The notes below the pieces were generated by a model. It ran no database searches, was not told the DNA's origin, and saw only the letters and a program-made list of their open reading frames with translations. The translations under genes and the position numbers were made by a program. From Minisyncoccia bacterium (GTDB lineage: Bacteria; Patescibacteriota; Minisyncoccia; UBA6257; JAAZHW01): DNA of 64,000 nucleotides. The DNA lies in NCBI GenBank assembly GCA_049720475.1, contig JBNASH010000036.1, forward strand, positions 1,339 through 65,338, given 5' to 3'. Positions within the stretch are counted from its first letter, which is position 1. Every line of letters starts with the position of its first letter. Below, piece after piece: positions 9,674 through 20,523 of this stretch.

Positions 9674-10954
9674 ATGAATGAATTCTTTGAAATTGAAGGT
9701 GGTCAAAAGTTAAAAGGCGAATTAGCGGTGGCGGGCAGCAAAAACGCCGCCTTAGCTATTTTACCCGCTTGTCTTTTAACGGATGAAGTATGCATTATAA
9801 AAAATATTCCGCTTTTAACTGATGTTTTGGTAATGATTGATCTGATGAAAAATTTGGGAGCGGAGATAGAATGGTTAGATGAAAAAGTTTTGAAAATTCA
9901 GGCTAAAAATTTAAATTCTAATGCGGATACAGTTTTAGTTAGAAAAATTCGCGCTTCAATTTTAATTGCTGGTCCAATTTTGGCTCGATTGGGTGAATTA
10001 AAAATTGCCAAGCCGGGCGGATGCCATATTGGGGTGCGTGGTTTGGATGCTCATTTTGAGGGATTCAAAGATCTAGGAATTGAATTGGTTGAAGAAAAAG
10101 TTGATAAAGAGAAATATTATTTAAAGAGGCCAGAAAAATTGCAGCCAACCAATATTTATTTGAATGAATTTAGTGTAACAGCGACGGAAAATTTAATGAT
10201 GCTTTTGGCTTCTATTGATGGAAAAAGTGAAATACATTTGGCAGCAGCTGAGCCGCATGTTCAAGAATTGGGAGAGGTGTTAATAAAAATGGGTGCTGAG
10301 ATTGAAGGTTTGGGTACTCATACGATCAAAATCAGAGGAGCCAAAAAATTAAGAGGAATAGAACACAGTATTGGTCCTGATTATATTGAGGCGGGAACTT
10401 TTTTCAGTTTAGCAGCAGCCACCAAAAGCAATTTGAAAATTTTAAATGTTCCGGTAGAGCATTTAGAAATGGTTTTTAGAAATTTGAAAAAAATAGGCGT
10501 TTCATATAAAATAGAAGACAAATCAGTATTTATCAATAGTGAAGATAGTTCCTTGAAAGCAGCCAAAATCCAAACCTTACCATACCCCGGATTTCCAACT
10601 GATTTACAGGCGCCATTTGCCGCGATGATGACTCAAGCAGCAGGAGAAAGTTTAATTTTTGATACTTTATTTGAGGGCCGATTTAAATATGTGGAAGAAC
10701 TAATACAAATGGGCGCTAAAATTTTTGTTTGCGATCCGCATCGTATTGTTGTCGTCGGACCAACGCCTTTGTACGGAACAAAAATAAAAAGTTTTGATTT
10801 AAGAGCCGGAGCAACTTTAATCATTGCTGCGTTAGCAGCGAAGGGGAAAAGTGAGGTTTATGGTATTGAGCAAGTTGATCGCGGTTATGAAAAAATCGAA
10901 GAAAGATTACAAAATATCGGCGCTTATATTAAAAGAGTCGTTCAGGAAAAATAA
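9674..10954 (+). CDS. murA: UDP-N-acetylglucosamine 1-carboxyvinyltransferase
   Basis: GSKNAAL, PGGCHIG.R, PYPGFPTDLQA, DLRAGA, DRGYE. Confidence 0.97.
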   Translation: MNEFFEIEGGQKLKGELAVAGSKNAALAILPACLLTDEVCIIKNIPLLTDVLVMIDLMKNLGAEIEWLDEKVLKIQAKNLNSNADTVLVRKIRASILIAGPILARLGELKIAKPGGCHIGVRGLDAHFEGFKDLGIELVEEKVDKEKYYLKRPEKLQPTNIYLNEFSVTATENLMMLLASIDGKSEIHLAAAEPHVQELGEVLIKMGAEIEGLGTHTIKIRGAKKLRGIEHSIGPDYIEAGTFFSLAAATKSNLKILNVPVEHLEMVFRNLKKIGVSYKIEDKSVFINSEDSSLKAAKIQTLPYPGFPTDLQAPFAAMMTQAAGESLIFDTLFEGRFKYVEELIQMGAKIFVCDPHRIVVVGPTPLYGTKIKSFDLRAGATLIIAALAAKGKSEVYGIEQVDRGYEKIEERLQNIGAYIKRVVQEK

Positions 10955-10965
10955 AATTTTATTTT

Positions 10966-11973
10966 ATGTTTATTAAAAAAATTGGCATCGATTTAGGAAC
11001 AACAAATACTTTGGTTTTTGTACCCAAAAAAGGTATTGTGATTTTTGAGCCAACTATTGTCGCTTATGATTTGCATGATAATAAGATTTTAGCCGTTGGG
11101 AAGGAAGCAAAAGAGATGTTAGGTCGCACGCCCGAAGATATTGGTGCTTATCGTCCTTTAAAAGATGGCGTTATTGCTGATTACAAAACAACAAAGGCGA
11201 TGTTAAAATATTTTGTTTCTAAAGCGTTGGGAGGTTTTAATTTTTTTAAACCAACTTTAATTGTTTCTGGTCCTGCTGGCATTACCTCTACTGAAAGAAG
11301 AGCGGTAATAAATGCAGCTTTAGAAGCGGGCGCCAGAGAGGTTTATGTGGTAAGAGAGCCGATTTTAGCGGCATTAGGTGCTGGTATTCCTATTAATTCT
11401 GCTTCTGGTCATATGATTGTTAATATTGGTGGAGGCACAACAGAAGTTGCTGTTATTTCTTTGGGTGGAATTGTTTCCTGGGCTTCTTTAAGAGTGGCTG
11501 GTAATAGGTTTGATGAAGCGATTGTTAATTATGTAAGAAAAAAATATAATTTAGCGATTGGCGAACAAACAGCTGAAAAAATTAAAATTGAAGCAGGCGC
11601 AGCAATACCCTTAAAAAATAAAATTGAAACTGAGGCGAAAGGTAGAGATTTAACCAGCGGTTTGCCTCGTTCAATTGTTATCAATTCTAATGAAATTGCC
11701 GAGGCAATTACTCCTTATTTAGAGGAGATCGGCGAGGCAATTCGCAATGTTTTTCTAAATACCCCACCTGAATTAGCGGCTGATATTATTGAAAAAGGAA
11801 TTGTTATTTCTGGAGGAAGCGGTTTGTTGCGAAATCTCGATGAGTTTATTTCAAAAATTACCGGTGTTAATGCTTATATTGCTGATGAAGCGCTTTATTG
11901 TGTGGCAAAAGGAACAGGAATTATTTTGGAACATCTTGATATTTATAAACGCGCTTTATTAAGCAAAAAATAA
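10966..11973 (+). CDS. mreB: Rod shape-determining actin homolog (MreB/Mbl paralog)
   Basis: GIDLGTTNT, RPLKDGVIAD, NIGGGTTEVAVISLGGIV, TPPELAADI. Confidence 0.92.
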   Translation: MFIKKIGIDLGTTNTLVFVPKKGIVIFEPTIVAYDLHDNKILAVGKEAKEMLGRTPEDIGAYRPLKDGVIADYKTTKAMLKYFVSKALGGFNFFKPTLIVSGPAGITSTERRAVINAALEAGAREVYVVREPILAALGAGIPINSASGHMIVNIGGGTTEVAVISLGGIVSWASLRVAGNRFDEAIVNYVRKKYNLAIGEQTAEKIKIEAGAAIPLKNKIETEAKGRDLTSGLPRSIVINSNEIAEAITPYLEEIGEAIRNVFLNTPPELAADIIEKGIVISGGSGLLRNLDEFISKITGVNAYIADEALYCVAKGTGIILEHLDIYKRALLSKK

Positions 11974-11974
11974 A

Positions 11975-12730
11975 ATGAATTTGGAAAAATATTTTAATCA
12001 AATAATCGAAAATAATAAAATCGAAGGCGGCTGGTTGTTTTTGAGTCTTGATGCTGAGAAAAGTTTTCAAAAAACACTGGAATTAGCTCAGAGAATTACC
12101 AACTCCTATTTAATTTATCTAATCGCTGACGAAGGATCATTAGACGAAAAAATAAAGGAAAAATTTCAAATATTTGCACCTGCGATTAAAAGCATTATAG
12201 AAATTCAAAAGCTTTTATATTTAGCCACCGAAGAAAAGAAAGTTTTGATTATCAAAACAGCCGAAGATTTATCGATTGAAGCCCAAAACTCACTTTTAAA
12301 ACTTACCGAAGAGCCACCACTTAAAACGACTATCTTTTTAATTAGTAAAGATGAAAATAATGTTTTGCCAACTCTTTTATCGCGCTTGAGAATAATTAAA
12401 ATTCCGCTTTTACCCAAAGATAAATTTTATCAAAAAAGAATCAACGAAAGTTTAAAAAAAGGATTGGAGCAAAAAAAATTAATGGAGGTTTATTTGGAAG
12501 AATTTTTAAATGAAAATGCAGTTGATTTTATCGAGAATCTAATTGTTTTGTTGCGCGACCAAATGCTTAATAAATTTGATATTAAAGATTATAAACATAC
12601 TGATGTTAAAGGTGAGATTGATGGTAAAATAATAAGAAATTTTGTTAAAGCACTTGAAGGTGTTAAATATGCCAATTTAAATCCTCGTTTACAAATAGAA
12701 AATATATTAATTAGCTTATCCAAAAAATAA
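11975..12730 (+). CDS. holB: DNA polymerase III delta-prime subunit-like (shortened)
   Basis: KVLII..AE.LS.EAQNSLLK..EEPP...LPTLLSR. No recognisable Walker A or Zn cysteines. Confidence 0.75.
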   Translation: MNLEKYFNQIIENNKIEGGWLFLSLDAEKSFQKTLELAQRITNSYLIYLIADEGSLDEKIKEKFQIFAPAIKSIIEIQKLLYLATEEKKVLIIKTAEDLSIEAQNSLLKLTEEPPLKTTIFLISKDENNVLPTLLSRLRIIKIPLLPKDKFYQKRINESLKKGLEQKKLMEVYLEEFLNENAVDFIENLIVLLRDQMLNKFDIKDYKHTDVKGEIDGKIIRNFVKALEGVKYANLNPRLQIENILISLSKK

Positions 12731-12779
12731 AAATAAATTATAATTAAAAAACCGCGGTCGAATATAATTTTTTTAAAAA

Positions 12780-13343
12780 ATGATAATCAATCAATTAATA
12801 GAAAAATTTAAAAAAGAAGGCCAAGAGATTATAAATAATTTTAAAGCAGAAATTGCCGGGATTCGATCTAATAGACCTCAGCCAGCTTTGATAGAAAATT
12901 TAAAAGTAGAATGTCCTTCTTATGGTTCTGTTTTGCCTTTAAAGCACATTGCTTCTATTCAAGTAAGTTTGCCAAACAGTTTAATTGTTCAAGTTTGGGA
13001 TAAAAGTAATGTTAATGCCTGCGAAAAAGCTATTCAAGCGGCTAATTTGGGTGTGACAACCGCTATCGAGGGATTTCAAATTAGAGTTATTTTGCCGCCT
13101 TTATCCCAAGAACGTCGCGAACAAATTTTTCAATTGGTAAAAAAGAAAGGAGAAGAAACCAAAATTCATTTAAGAGGAGCGCGAGAGGAAATATTAAAAG
13201 AAATAAAGAATCTTTTTGAGGAGAAAAAAATTACTGAAGATGATAAATATCGCGGGAAGGATGAATTGCAGAAGGTTATAGATGGTTTTAATGAAGAAAT
13301 AGAAAAAATTATCGAAAATAAAAGAAAAGAGTTATACGAATAG
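12780..13343 (+). CDS. frr: Ribosome recycling factor
   Basis: IRSNRPQPALI, YG...PL...A, LPPLSQERR, ITEDD. Confidence 0.95.
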   Translation: MIINQLIEKFKKEGQEIINNFKAEIAGIRSNRPQPALIENLKVECPSYGSVLPLKHIASIQVSLPNSLIVQVWDKSNVNACEKAIQAANLGVTTAIEGFQIRVILPPLSQERREQIFQLVKKKGEETKIHLRGAREEILKEIKNLFEEKKITEDDKYRGKDELQKVIDGFNEEIEKIIENKRKELYE

Positions 13344-13357
13344 TTATCAATTGATCT

Positions 13358-14437
13358 ATGATGCTAATTATCATTTTTATTATCGCTTTAAATATTTTGG
13401 TTTTTGTTCACGAGTTGGGCCATTTTTTGGTTGCCAAGAAAAATGGTTTAAAAGTAGAAGAGTTTGGTTTGGGAATACCGCCAAGGATTTTTGGTATTAA
13501 AAAAGGAGAAACGGTTTATTCCATTAATGCTTTGCCGATTGGTGGTTTTGTTAAAATTTATGGTGAAGATGGTGACCATCCCGAAGAAAAAGAAAGTTTT
13601 GCTAATCGGCCGCCATTTACGCGCATTAAAATTTTAGCGGCTGGTGTGATTATGAATTTAATTTTTGGAATTATTCTTTTTTCTATTGGCTTTAATATCG
13701 GAATTCCGGCCGTAGCTGAAAAAGAAAATTTGGCATTCATGAAAGATATAAAACTTTCTATTTTAGAAATACAAAAGAATTCGCCAGCCGAGGCAGCGGG
13801 TTTAAAAATGGGCGATAGGATTTTAAGCCTTCAGAAAGGAGAAGATTTAATTGAAAACCCAACCGTTGAAGAGATGCAGCAATTTACTAAAAAATATGCG
13901 GGTCAAACGATTATTTTAAATGTTGAAAGAGGAAAAGAAAAGTTAACAATCGAGATTGTGCCTCGCGAAAAAGTTAGTGAAAATGAAGGTCCTTTGGGGG
14001 TGGTTATTAGCGAGACCGGTTTTATTCAGTATCCATTTTTTAGAAGCATTTGGGAAGGGATAAAGGCAGGTCTTTCTTTGTTTGTAAATGTTTTTGTGAT
14101 GCTTTTTATTTTTTTGAAGTCATTAATTTTTCAAGGGCGAATGATTGGAGAAGTAGCCGGGCCAGTAGGAATTACAGTATTGGGAACGCAGGTTTTAAAA
14201 CTAGGAACCGCTTATTTTATTCAATTTTTGGCGACTTTATCCGTTTATTTGGCGGCTATTAATTTAGTGCCATTTCCAGCATTGGATGGCAGTCGAATTC
14301 TTTTTATTTTAATAGAAAAAATTCGAGGAAAGGCTGTATCTAATAAAGTAGAAAATTTAATTCATACTGTTGGCTTCGCAATTTTATTATTGATTTTTGT
14401 TGTTATTACTTATCGTGATATTGTTAAATTATTTTAA
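13358..14437 (+). CDS. rseP: RIP metalloprotease RseP (site-2 protease with PDZ)
   Basis: HELGH, PIGGFV, SPAEAAGLKMGDRI (PDZ), NLVPFPALDG. Confidence 0.93.
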   Translation: MMLIIIFIIALNILVFVHELGHFLVAKKNGLKVEEFGLGIPPRIFGIKKGETVYSINALPIGGFVKIYGEDGDHPEEKESFANRPPFTRIKILAAGVIMNLIFGIILFSIGFNIGIPAVAEKENLAFMKDIKLSILEIQKNSPAEAAGLKMGDRILSLQKGEDLIENPTVEEMQQFTKKYAGQTIILNVERGKEKLTIEIVPREKVSENEGPLGVVISETGFIQYPFFRSIWEGIKAGLSLFVNVFVMLFIFLKSLIFQGRMIGEVAGPVGITVLGTQVLKLGTAYFIQFLATLSVYLAAINLVPFPALDGSRILFILIEKIRGKAVSNKVENLIHTVGFAILLLIFVVITYRDIVKLF

Positions 14438-14482
14438 GGTCAAATTGAAAAAAATATAAAAAGTTTTAAAATAAAAAGAAAT

Positions 14483-15754
14483 ATGCTGCAATCACAATTA
14501 TTTTCTAAAGTTAGTAGGGATTTTCCCAAAGACGAAGTAGCGATTAATGCGAAATTATTAATTCGAGCAGGCTTTATTGATAAAGTAATGTCTGGTGTTT
14601 TTGTTTATTTACCTTTAGGTTGGCGAGTTTATAAAAAAATAGAACAAATTATCAGAGAAGAAATGGTAGCGATTGGAGGGCAAGAAGTTTTTCTTTCTGT
14701 TTTGATGCCTAAAGAACTATGGCAAAAAACGGGAAGATGGGATTCATTTGGTGATGCTCTGATGAAAGTTAAGGATCGTTCCGATAAAGAATATGTATTA
14801 GGTCCAACGCATGAAGAAATGATTGCCGAATTAGTAAGAAAAAACATTCATACTTATAGGGATTTGCCCAAAGCCATTTTCCAGATTCAAGATAAGTTTC
14901 GTGATGAACCGAGGGCAAAATCTGGATTATTGCGTGGCAAAGAATTTATGATGAAAGATTTATATAGTTTTCATGCCAGCCAACAAGATCTCGATAATTA
15001 TTATGAGGAAGCAAAAAAAGCTTATTTTAAAGTTTTTTCCCGTTGCGGCTTAAAATCATTTGCGGTGGAAGCTTCTGGTGCTGGATTTACCAAAGAAAGG
15101 GTTCATGAGTTTATGGTTAAAACGCCGGCTGGTGAAGATGTTACTGTTTTGTGTGAATTATGTGGCTTCGCTCAAAATAAGCAATTAGGAGAATATAAAG
15201 CTAAAAAAACTTGTCCTCAGTGCGGAGGTATTCTTAAGGAAGAAAAAACGGTGGAGGTGGGAAATATTTTTAAATTGGGAACCAAATTTAGTGAGGATAT
15301 TGGTGCTTATTTTATTGATCGCGATGGTCAAAAGAAGCCAGTTATTATGGGATGTTATGGTATAGGAGTGGGGCGTTTGATGGGAACAGTAGTTGAGGTT
15401 TCTCATGATGATAAAGGAATTATTTGGCCGCTAAGCGTTGCACCCTTTGCTGTTCATTTATTGAAAATTAATCATCCTGATGAAAAGATAGATAATAAAA
15501 TAAGAAAAGCAGCGGAGAAACTTTATAATGATTTATTGAAAAACAATATTGAAGTATTGTATGATGATCGTTTGGATTTTTCAGCTGGTGAAAAATTAGT
15601 TGAAGCTGATTTAATTGGTATTCCTTATCGAGTGGTGATTAGTGAAAAAACTTTACAAAAACAATCAGTTGAGGTTAAAAGTCGAAATAGTGATAAGATT
15701 GAATTTATTAAGCTATCGCAAGTGAAAAACTACTTTAAAAAAATTTTAAAATAA
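14483..15754 (+). CDS. proS: Proline--tRNA ligase (short form without INS editing domain)
   Basis: LLIRAGFI, GPTHEE, KFRDEPRAKSGLLRGKEFMMKDLYSF, MGCYGIGVGR. Confidence 0.96.
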   Translation: MLQSQLFSKVSRDFPKDEVAINAKLLIRAGFIDKVMSGVFVYLPLGWRVYKKIEQIIREEMVAIGGQEVFLSVLMPKELWQKTGRWDSFGDALMKVKDRSDKEYVLGPTHEEMIAELVRKNIHTYRDLPKAIFQIQDKFRDEPRAKSGLLRGKEFMMKDLYSFHASQQDLDNYYEEAKKAYFKVFSRCGLKSFAVEASGAGFTKERVHEFMVKTPAGEDVTVLCELCGFAQNKQLGEYKAKKTCPQCGGILKEEKTVEVGNIFKLGTKFSEDIGAYFIDRDGQKKPVIMGCYGIGVGRLMGTVVEVSHDDKGIIWPLSVAPFAVHLLKINHPDEKIDNKIRKAAEKLYNDLLKNNIEVLYDDRLDFSAGEKLVEADLIGIPYRVVISEKTLQKQSVEVKSRNSDKIEFIKLSQVKNYFKKILK

Positions 15755-15755
15755 T

Positions 15756-16808
15756 ATGTTTAAAAAATTATTATCCAAATTATCGCCGGGGTTAGGAATT
15801 GATTTGGGAACTGCAAATTCCCTTGTTTATTTAGAAAAAGAAGGGATTGTAATTAATGAACCGTCGGTTGTTGCTTATAACCAAAAAACTGGAGAAATTT
15901 TAGCAATTGGAAAAGAAGCTCAAGCAATGATAGGAAGAACGCCGCCGCATATTGCCGCTGTTCAACCCTTAACGAATGGTGTTATCTCTGATTTTGAATT
16001 AACCGAAGAGATGCTTAAATATTTTTATAAAAAATTCCGCAAATCTAAGATGGGAATTTTACCTTATCGTCCGAAAGTAATTATTGGGGTTCCTTGCGGC
16101 ATTACCGAAGTTGAAAGAAAAGCTGTGGCTGATGCTGCTTTAAATGCTGGAGCAGGAGAGGTTTATTTAATTGAAGAAGCTTTAGCAGCGGCCATCGGCA
16201 GTCATATTCCTATTTTTGAGCCTTCGGGCAATATTTTGGTTGATATTGGAGGTGGAACGACAGATATTGTTGTTATTTCTTTGGGTGGTATTGTTCGATA
16301 TAAGAGTTTAAAAATTGCTGGTCAAAAATTTAATGAAGATATTATTAGGTATGTTAAGGATGAGTATCGTTTATTAATTGGAGAAATGACGGCTGAGCAA
16401 ATAAAATTAGAAATAGGAGCAGCAAAAGTTAATGGTATGGAGAAAAAAGAGGCGATTGCTCGGGGCCGAGATTTAGCCACTGGATTACCAAAGGAGATTG
16501 TTTTAACAACAGATGAAATTGCTAAAGCGCTGGATAAATCATTAAAAGTTTTGATTGAAGCCATTCGTTCAACCATTGAAGAAACACCTCCAGAATTAGT
16601 AGCTGATATTTCAACAAAAAGCATTTGGTTGTCTGGCGGTGGCAGTTTATTGCGCAATCTAGATCGTTTAATTGAAAATTATTGTGCGATGCCTGTTAAA
16701 TTAGTCGATGATCCGTTAACGGCGACAGTGAGAGGGTTGGGAATGATTATTGAAGATTTGGAAAAATACAAGAATATTGTGAGTTATGAATCACAAACAA
16801 AAGAATAG
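15756..16808 (+). CDS. mreB: Rod shape-determining protein MreB
   Basis: GIDLGTANS, EPSVVA, DIGGGTT, TPPEL; directly precedes mreC. Confidence 0.94.
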   Translation: MFKKLLSKLSPGLGIDLGTANSLVYLEKEGIVINEPSVVAYNQKTGEILAIGKEAQAMIGRTPPHIAAVQPLTNGVISDFELTEEMLKYFYKKFRKSKMGILPYRPKVIIGVPCGITEVERKAVADAALNAGAGEVYLIEEALAAAIGSHIPIFEPSGNILVDIGGGTTDIVVISLGGIVRYKSLKIAGQKFNEDIIRYVKDEYRLLIGEMTAEQIKLEIGAAKVNGMEKKEAIARGRDLATGLPKEIVLTTDEIAKALDKSLKVLIEAIRSTIEETPPELVADISTKSIWLSGGGSLLRNLDRLIENYCAMPVKLVDDPLTATVRGLGMIIEDLEKYKNIVSYESQTKE

Positions 16809-17562
16809 TTTAATAATTATTATTCTTGTTTTAATTTTGTTCCAATTTCAATTTGTTTCAGCAGCAACCGAATCAAAGAGCTTTTTTGAGGGCTTGAGGT
16901 TGTTTTTTCTCAAAATCATTAAGGGGGTAGATTATTGGGTTAACGGCCTTATTAAATACAAAGATCTCCAAGAAGAGAACAATCTTTTAATTTTTCAAAA
17001 CCGAGCCTTAAAATCGCTTTTAATTGAATATCAAGATTTGAAATCAGAAAATGAACTTTTAAAAGAAGCCCTGCAATTAAAAAAATCAAAAAATTTTAAT
17101 TTTGTTTTAGCAAATGTTGTTGGCCGTTCGCCATTAAATTTTTCTCAAACATTTATTATTGATAAAGGAGAGGAGGATGGGATTAAAGTTGGTCAAATAG
17201 TTGTGTGGGGAGGAAAAACATTAGTGGGTGAAATCATAAATGTTTCTAAGAGTTTCAGTACCGTTAGAGCCATTACTGATTCGGATTTTAAAGCAGCAGT
17301 TTTTGTTGGCGAAAATAAAGAGGAAGGACTTTTTAATGGTAATGATTTTTTGCCGCCTCGTGTTGATTTGATTCCTCTTAAAGCGCAAATTAATGAAGGT
17401 GATATTGTTTATACTTCCGGATTGGATAATAAGTTCATTAAGAATTTATATGTTGGAGAGGTAAAAGAAATAATTAAATCACCTGGAAAAATTTTTCAAG
17501 AGATAAAAGTAGAGCCAGCTATTGATTGGACAAAGTTGTATCAAGTTTTAGTTATTATCTAA
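16786..17562 (+). CDS. mreC: Rod shape-determining protein MreC
   Basis: TM helix, coiled coil (EN..LK..L), IIDKGEEDGI, GD.V.TSG; synteny. Confidence 0.9.
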   Translation: MNHKQKNSLIIIILVLILFQFQFVSAATESKSFFEGLRLFFLKIIKGVDYWVNGLIKYKDLQEENNLLIFQNRALKSLLIEYQDLKSENELLKEALQLKKSKNFNFVLANVVGRSPLNFSQTFIIDKGEEDGIKVGQIVVWGGKTLVGEIINVSKSFSTVRAITDSDFKAAVFVGENKEEGLFNGNDFLPPRVDLIPLKAQINEGDIVYTSGLDNKFIKNLYVGEVKEIIKSPGKIFQEIKVEPAIDWTKLYQVLVII

Positions 17563-17563
17563 A

Positions 17564-18085
17564 ATGAAAAAGAATATCAATAATTTTTTAAAAATAATTC
17601 TTTTTGGATTTTTTATTGGCATTCTCGCTTTATTACAGATAACCTTTATTAATTGGTTTGATATTTTTGGAGTAAAAATAAATCTTGTTTTAATTGGTAT
17701 TTTAGCTAATATTTTTAATCCGAGTTGGCCTTTGATTTTGGTTGGGACTTTTATTGGTGGTTTGGTATATGATTTTACAAGTTTATTTAACTTTACTTAT
17801 ACAATTAGTTTTTTAATTTTGGTATTATTGTTTCGATTCTTGGGAAGAAAATATTTAGTAGAAAAACATCTTTTTTTAAATTTTTTCTTTGGTTTTTTGG
17901 GCACTATTATTTTCAATTTTCTTTATGTCTCCATTAATTATTTCTTTTTCCGAAATAACTTCTTTGGTTATTTTTTGAGTTGGAATCATCTTTTGGAAAT
18001 TGGAATTAATGCTTTTCTTGTTTTTCTTTTAGGTTTGATTGGAGAAGCTTTTAAAATAACATTAAAAATAATTAGAAAACAATGA
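17564..18085 (+). CDS. mreD: Rod shape-determining protein MreD
   Basis: Multi-TM protein with GL.YD motif, between mreC and PBP2. Confidence 0.78.
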   Translation: MKKNINNFLKIILFGFFIGILALLQITFINWFDIFGVKINLVLIGILANIFNPSWPLILVGTFIGGLVYDFTSLFNFTYTISFLILVLLFRFLGRKYLVEKHLFLNFFFGFLGTIIFNFLYVSINYFFFRNNFFGYFLSWNHLLEIGINAFLVFLLGLIGEAFKITLKIIRKQ

Positions 18086-20010
18086 GGCTAAATTTCAAAA
18101 AAAATAAAAAAATAAAAAGAAAAAGCGATTTTTTGGAAGCGGAAGAAATTTTGTTTAATAAAGAGGCGCTGTCTAAATTAAGTGATTTAGAAGAGGTGCA
18201 AAGGCTGGAATTAGATATTGGCCGCTGGGGTTTGGATTTATTATTGATTTTTTTTGTTTTGTTTTTGGTTTTTGCTCTTAGTTGGGTTTTTGTTTTGAAT
18301 ATTTCCAAGGGGAAAGAATTAAAATTAGCCGCCCAACAAAATGCGATGACTTCTATTCCTATTATTGCTAATAGAGGTTTAATTTTTGATAAATTTAATA
18401 AGGAATTGGTTTATAATCAAGAAGTTTTTGATTTGGTTCTTTTCCCTGTTTATTTGCCGGTTGATAAAACAGAAAGGACAGAAATTTTAGAGAAAATCAG
18501 ACAAGATAAAGATATTGCTGCTTCATTAGCGGAAGAAAAATTAGAAGAAAATAAAAATTTAGAACCAATTGTTTTAAAAGCTGATTTAACACGAGAAGAG
18601 GCAATAAAATATGAGAGTTATTTTGCCAATATTCCAGCTATTCAAGTAATGAAACAAAACTTAAGGCAATATACAAATAGTTTTGCTTTTAGCCATGTTT
18701 TAGGCTATACCGGCCGTTTATCAAAGGAAGATATACAGCAAAAAATTTACTATCCCTCATTTATGAAAATTGGTAAGAGCGGTTTGGAAGCATTTTATGA
18801 AGATTATTTAAAGGGAGAAAATGGTGAAATAAGAATTTTAAGAAATGCTGTAATGGAAATTCTTAATCAAGGAGTAGTTAAAGAGCCGGTCGATGGTAAT
18901 AATTTATATTTAACAATCGACGCTGATCTTCAAGAATATAGTTATAATCGTTTAGCAAAACAAATAAAAAGCTTGGGCACAAAACCCAGAGGAGGCGTGG
19001 TGATTGTAACTAATCCCAATTCCGGTGAAATCCTCTCTTTAGTTAGTTATCCTGGCTATGATACTAATCTTTTTTCAAAAGGTATTAGTATTGAAGAATT
19101 TCAGAAATTAGTTAATGATAGCAGCAAACCATTATTTAATCGAGCGATTTTGGGAATGTACAATCCAGGTTCAACTATTAAGCCTATTATGGCCACGGCG
19201 GCTTTGGCAGAGAAGATCATAGATCCTTATCAAAAGATTGAAACGCATGGTTATATTACTATCCCGAATCCTTATTTTCCTGATAAACCTTCTATTTTTG
19301 TTGATTGGCGCAATAATGGTTATGTGAATATGATTGATGCAATTGCACGTTCAAGTAATGTTTATTTTTATATCATTGGTGGCGGCTATCAACAATATCA
19401 AGGGTTGGGAATTGAAAAAATAAAAAAATATTTAGAAGAATTTCAATTTAATTCCATTACAGGAATTGATTTGCCATCCGAAAAAATCGGCTATATTCCC
19501 GACGAAAAAAGCAAAAATCCTTGGCGAATAGGTGATACTTATAATGTTTCAATCGGACAGGGTGATCTAACAGTAACCCCTATCCGTCTTATTACCAGTT
19601 TAAACTCTTTGATTAACGGGGGTCGTTTATTAAGGCCTTATCTTGTTGATCACATTAGCGCCAATAATAATCAAATCGTTTTACAAAACAATCCCCAAGT
19701 TATTAAAGATAACTTTCTTAACCCCGATGATTTAAAGATTGTAAAAGAGGGGATGGGCCAAACAGTCAAAAGTGTTATGGGAACAGCGCATTTGTTAGCT
19801 GATTTGCCGTTTAGCGTTGGCGGTAAAAGTGGTAGTGCTCAAACTACTGGTAACACAAAAATAAATGCTTTATTTTATGGCTTTGCGCCATTTGAAAATC
19901 CAAAAATTTCAATTTTAGTTTTGATTGAGGATGTTCCAGAGGGTTCGTTGAATGCTATTCCAGTAGTAAAAGATATTTTATTGTGGTATTATAAAAATAG
20001 AGGATTTTAG
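18082..20010 (+). CDS. mrdA: Penicillin-binding protein 2
   Basis: RGLIFD, SxxK (STIK), SxN (SSN), KSG. Confidence 0.92.
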   Translation: MRLNFKKNKKIKRKSDFLEAEEILFNKEALSKLSDLEEVQRLELDIGRWGLDLLLIFFVLFLVFALSWVFVLNISKGKELKLAAQQNAMTSIPIIANRGLIFDKFNKELVYNQEVFDLVLFPVYLPVDKTERTEILEKIRQDKDIAASLAEEKLEENKNLEPIVLKADLTREEAIKYESYFANIPAIQVMKQNLRQYTNSFAFSHVLGYTGRLSKEDIQQKIYYPSFMKIGKSGLEAFYEDYLKGENGEIRILRNAVMEILNQGVVKEPVDGNNLYLTIDADLQEYSYNRLAKQIKSLGTKPRGGVVIVTNPNSGEILSLVSYPGYDTNLFSKGISIEEFQKLVNDSSKPLFNRAILGMYNPGSTIKPIMATAALAEKIIDPYQKIETHGYITIPNPYFPDKPSIFVDWRNNGYVNMIDAIARSSNVYFYIIGGGYQQYQGLGIEKIKKYLEEFQFNSITGIDLPSEKIGYIPDEKSKNPWRIGDTYNVSIGQGDLTVTPIRLITSLNSLINGGRLLRPYLVDHISANNNQIVLQNNPQVIKDNFLNPDDLKIVKEGMGQTVKSVMGTAHLLADLPFSVGGKSGSAQTTGNTKINALFYGFAPFENPKISILVLIEDVPEGSLNAIPVVKDILLWYYKNRGF

Positions 20011-20054
20011 TCGGAATCGAAGGTCTTTAGAAAGATCATATTTTTTATTTTATT

Positions 20055-20522
20055 ATGAGCGACCAAATTTATTTATCCAAAGAAAAATACGAAGAATTAA
20101 AACAAGAATTAGAAGAAAGAAAAACAAAAATTCGTAATAAAATTGCGAATGATTTGAAACATGCCAAAGAATTAGGGGATTTGTCGGAAAATGCGGCCTA
20201 TGCTGAAGCCAAAGAGGCGAAGCAAAAAAATGATCAGCGTATTGCTGAGCTCGAAAGCATCTTGCATAATTGTATTATTGTTGAAAAACAAGAAAAAAAT
20301 GATAAAGTAAATATAGGATCAACGGTGAAATTAGAAGATGAAAATGGTAATATTTCAGAATACACTATTGTCGGTTCTTTAGAAAGTGATCCAGGCAAAA
20401 AATGCATTTCTTTTAAGTCGCCATTGGGTGAATCTTTATTAAATAGAAAAGTTGGGGATGAGGTAACATTTTGCGGACCCAATAATAATTGTAAAAAGTA
20501 TAAAATTTTAGAAATTAAATAA
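20055..20522 (+). CDS. greA: Transcription elongation factor GreA
   Basis: GDLSENAAY, IS..SPLG..L. Confidence 0.95.
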   Translation: MSDQIYLSKEKYEELKQELEERKTKIRNKIANDLKHAKELGDLSENAAYAEAKEAKQKNDQRIAELESILHNCIIVEKQEKNDKVNIGSTVKLEDENGNISEYTIVGSLESDPGKKCISFKSPLGESLLNRKVGDEVTFCGPNNNCKKYKILEIK

Positions 20523-20523
20523 T

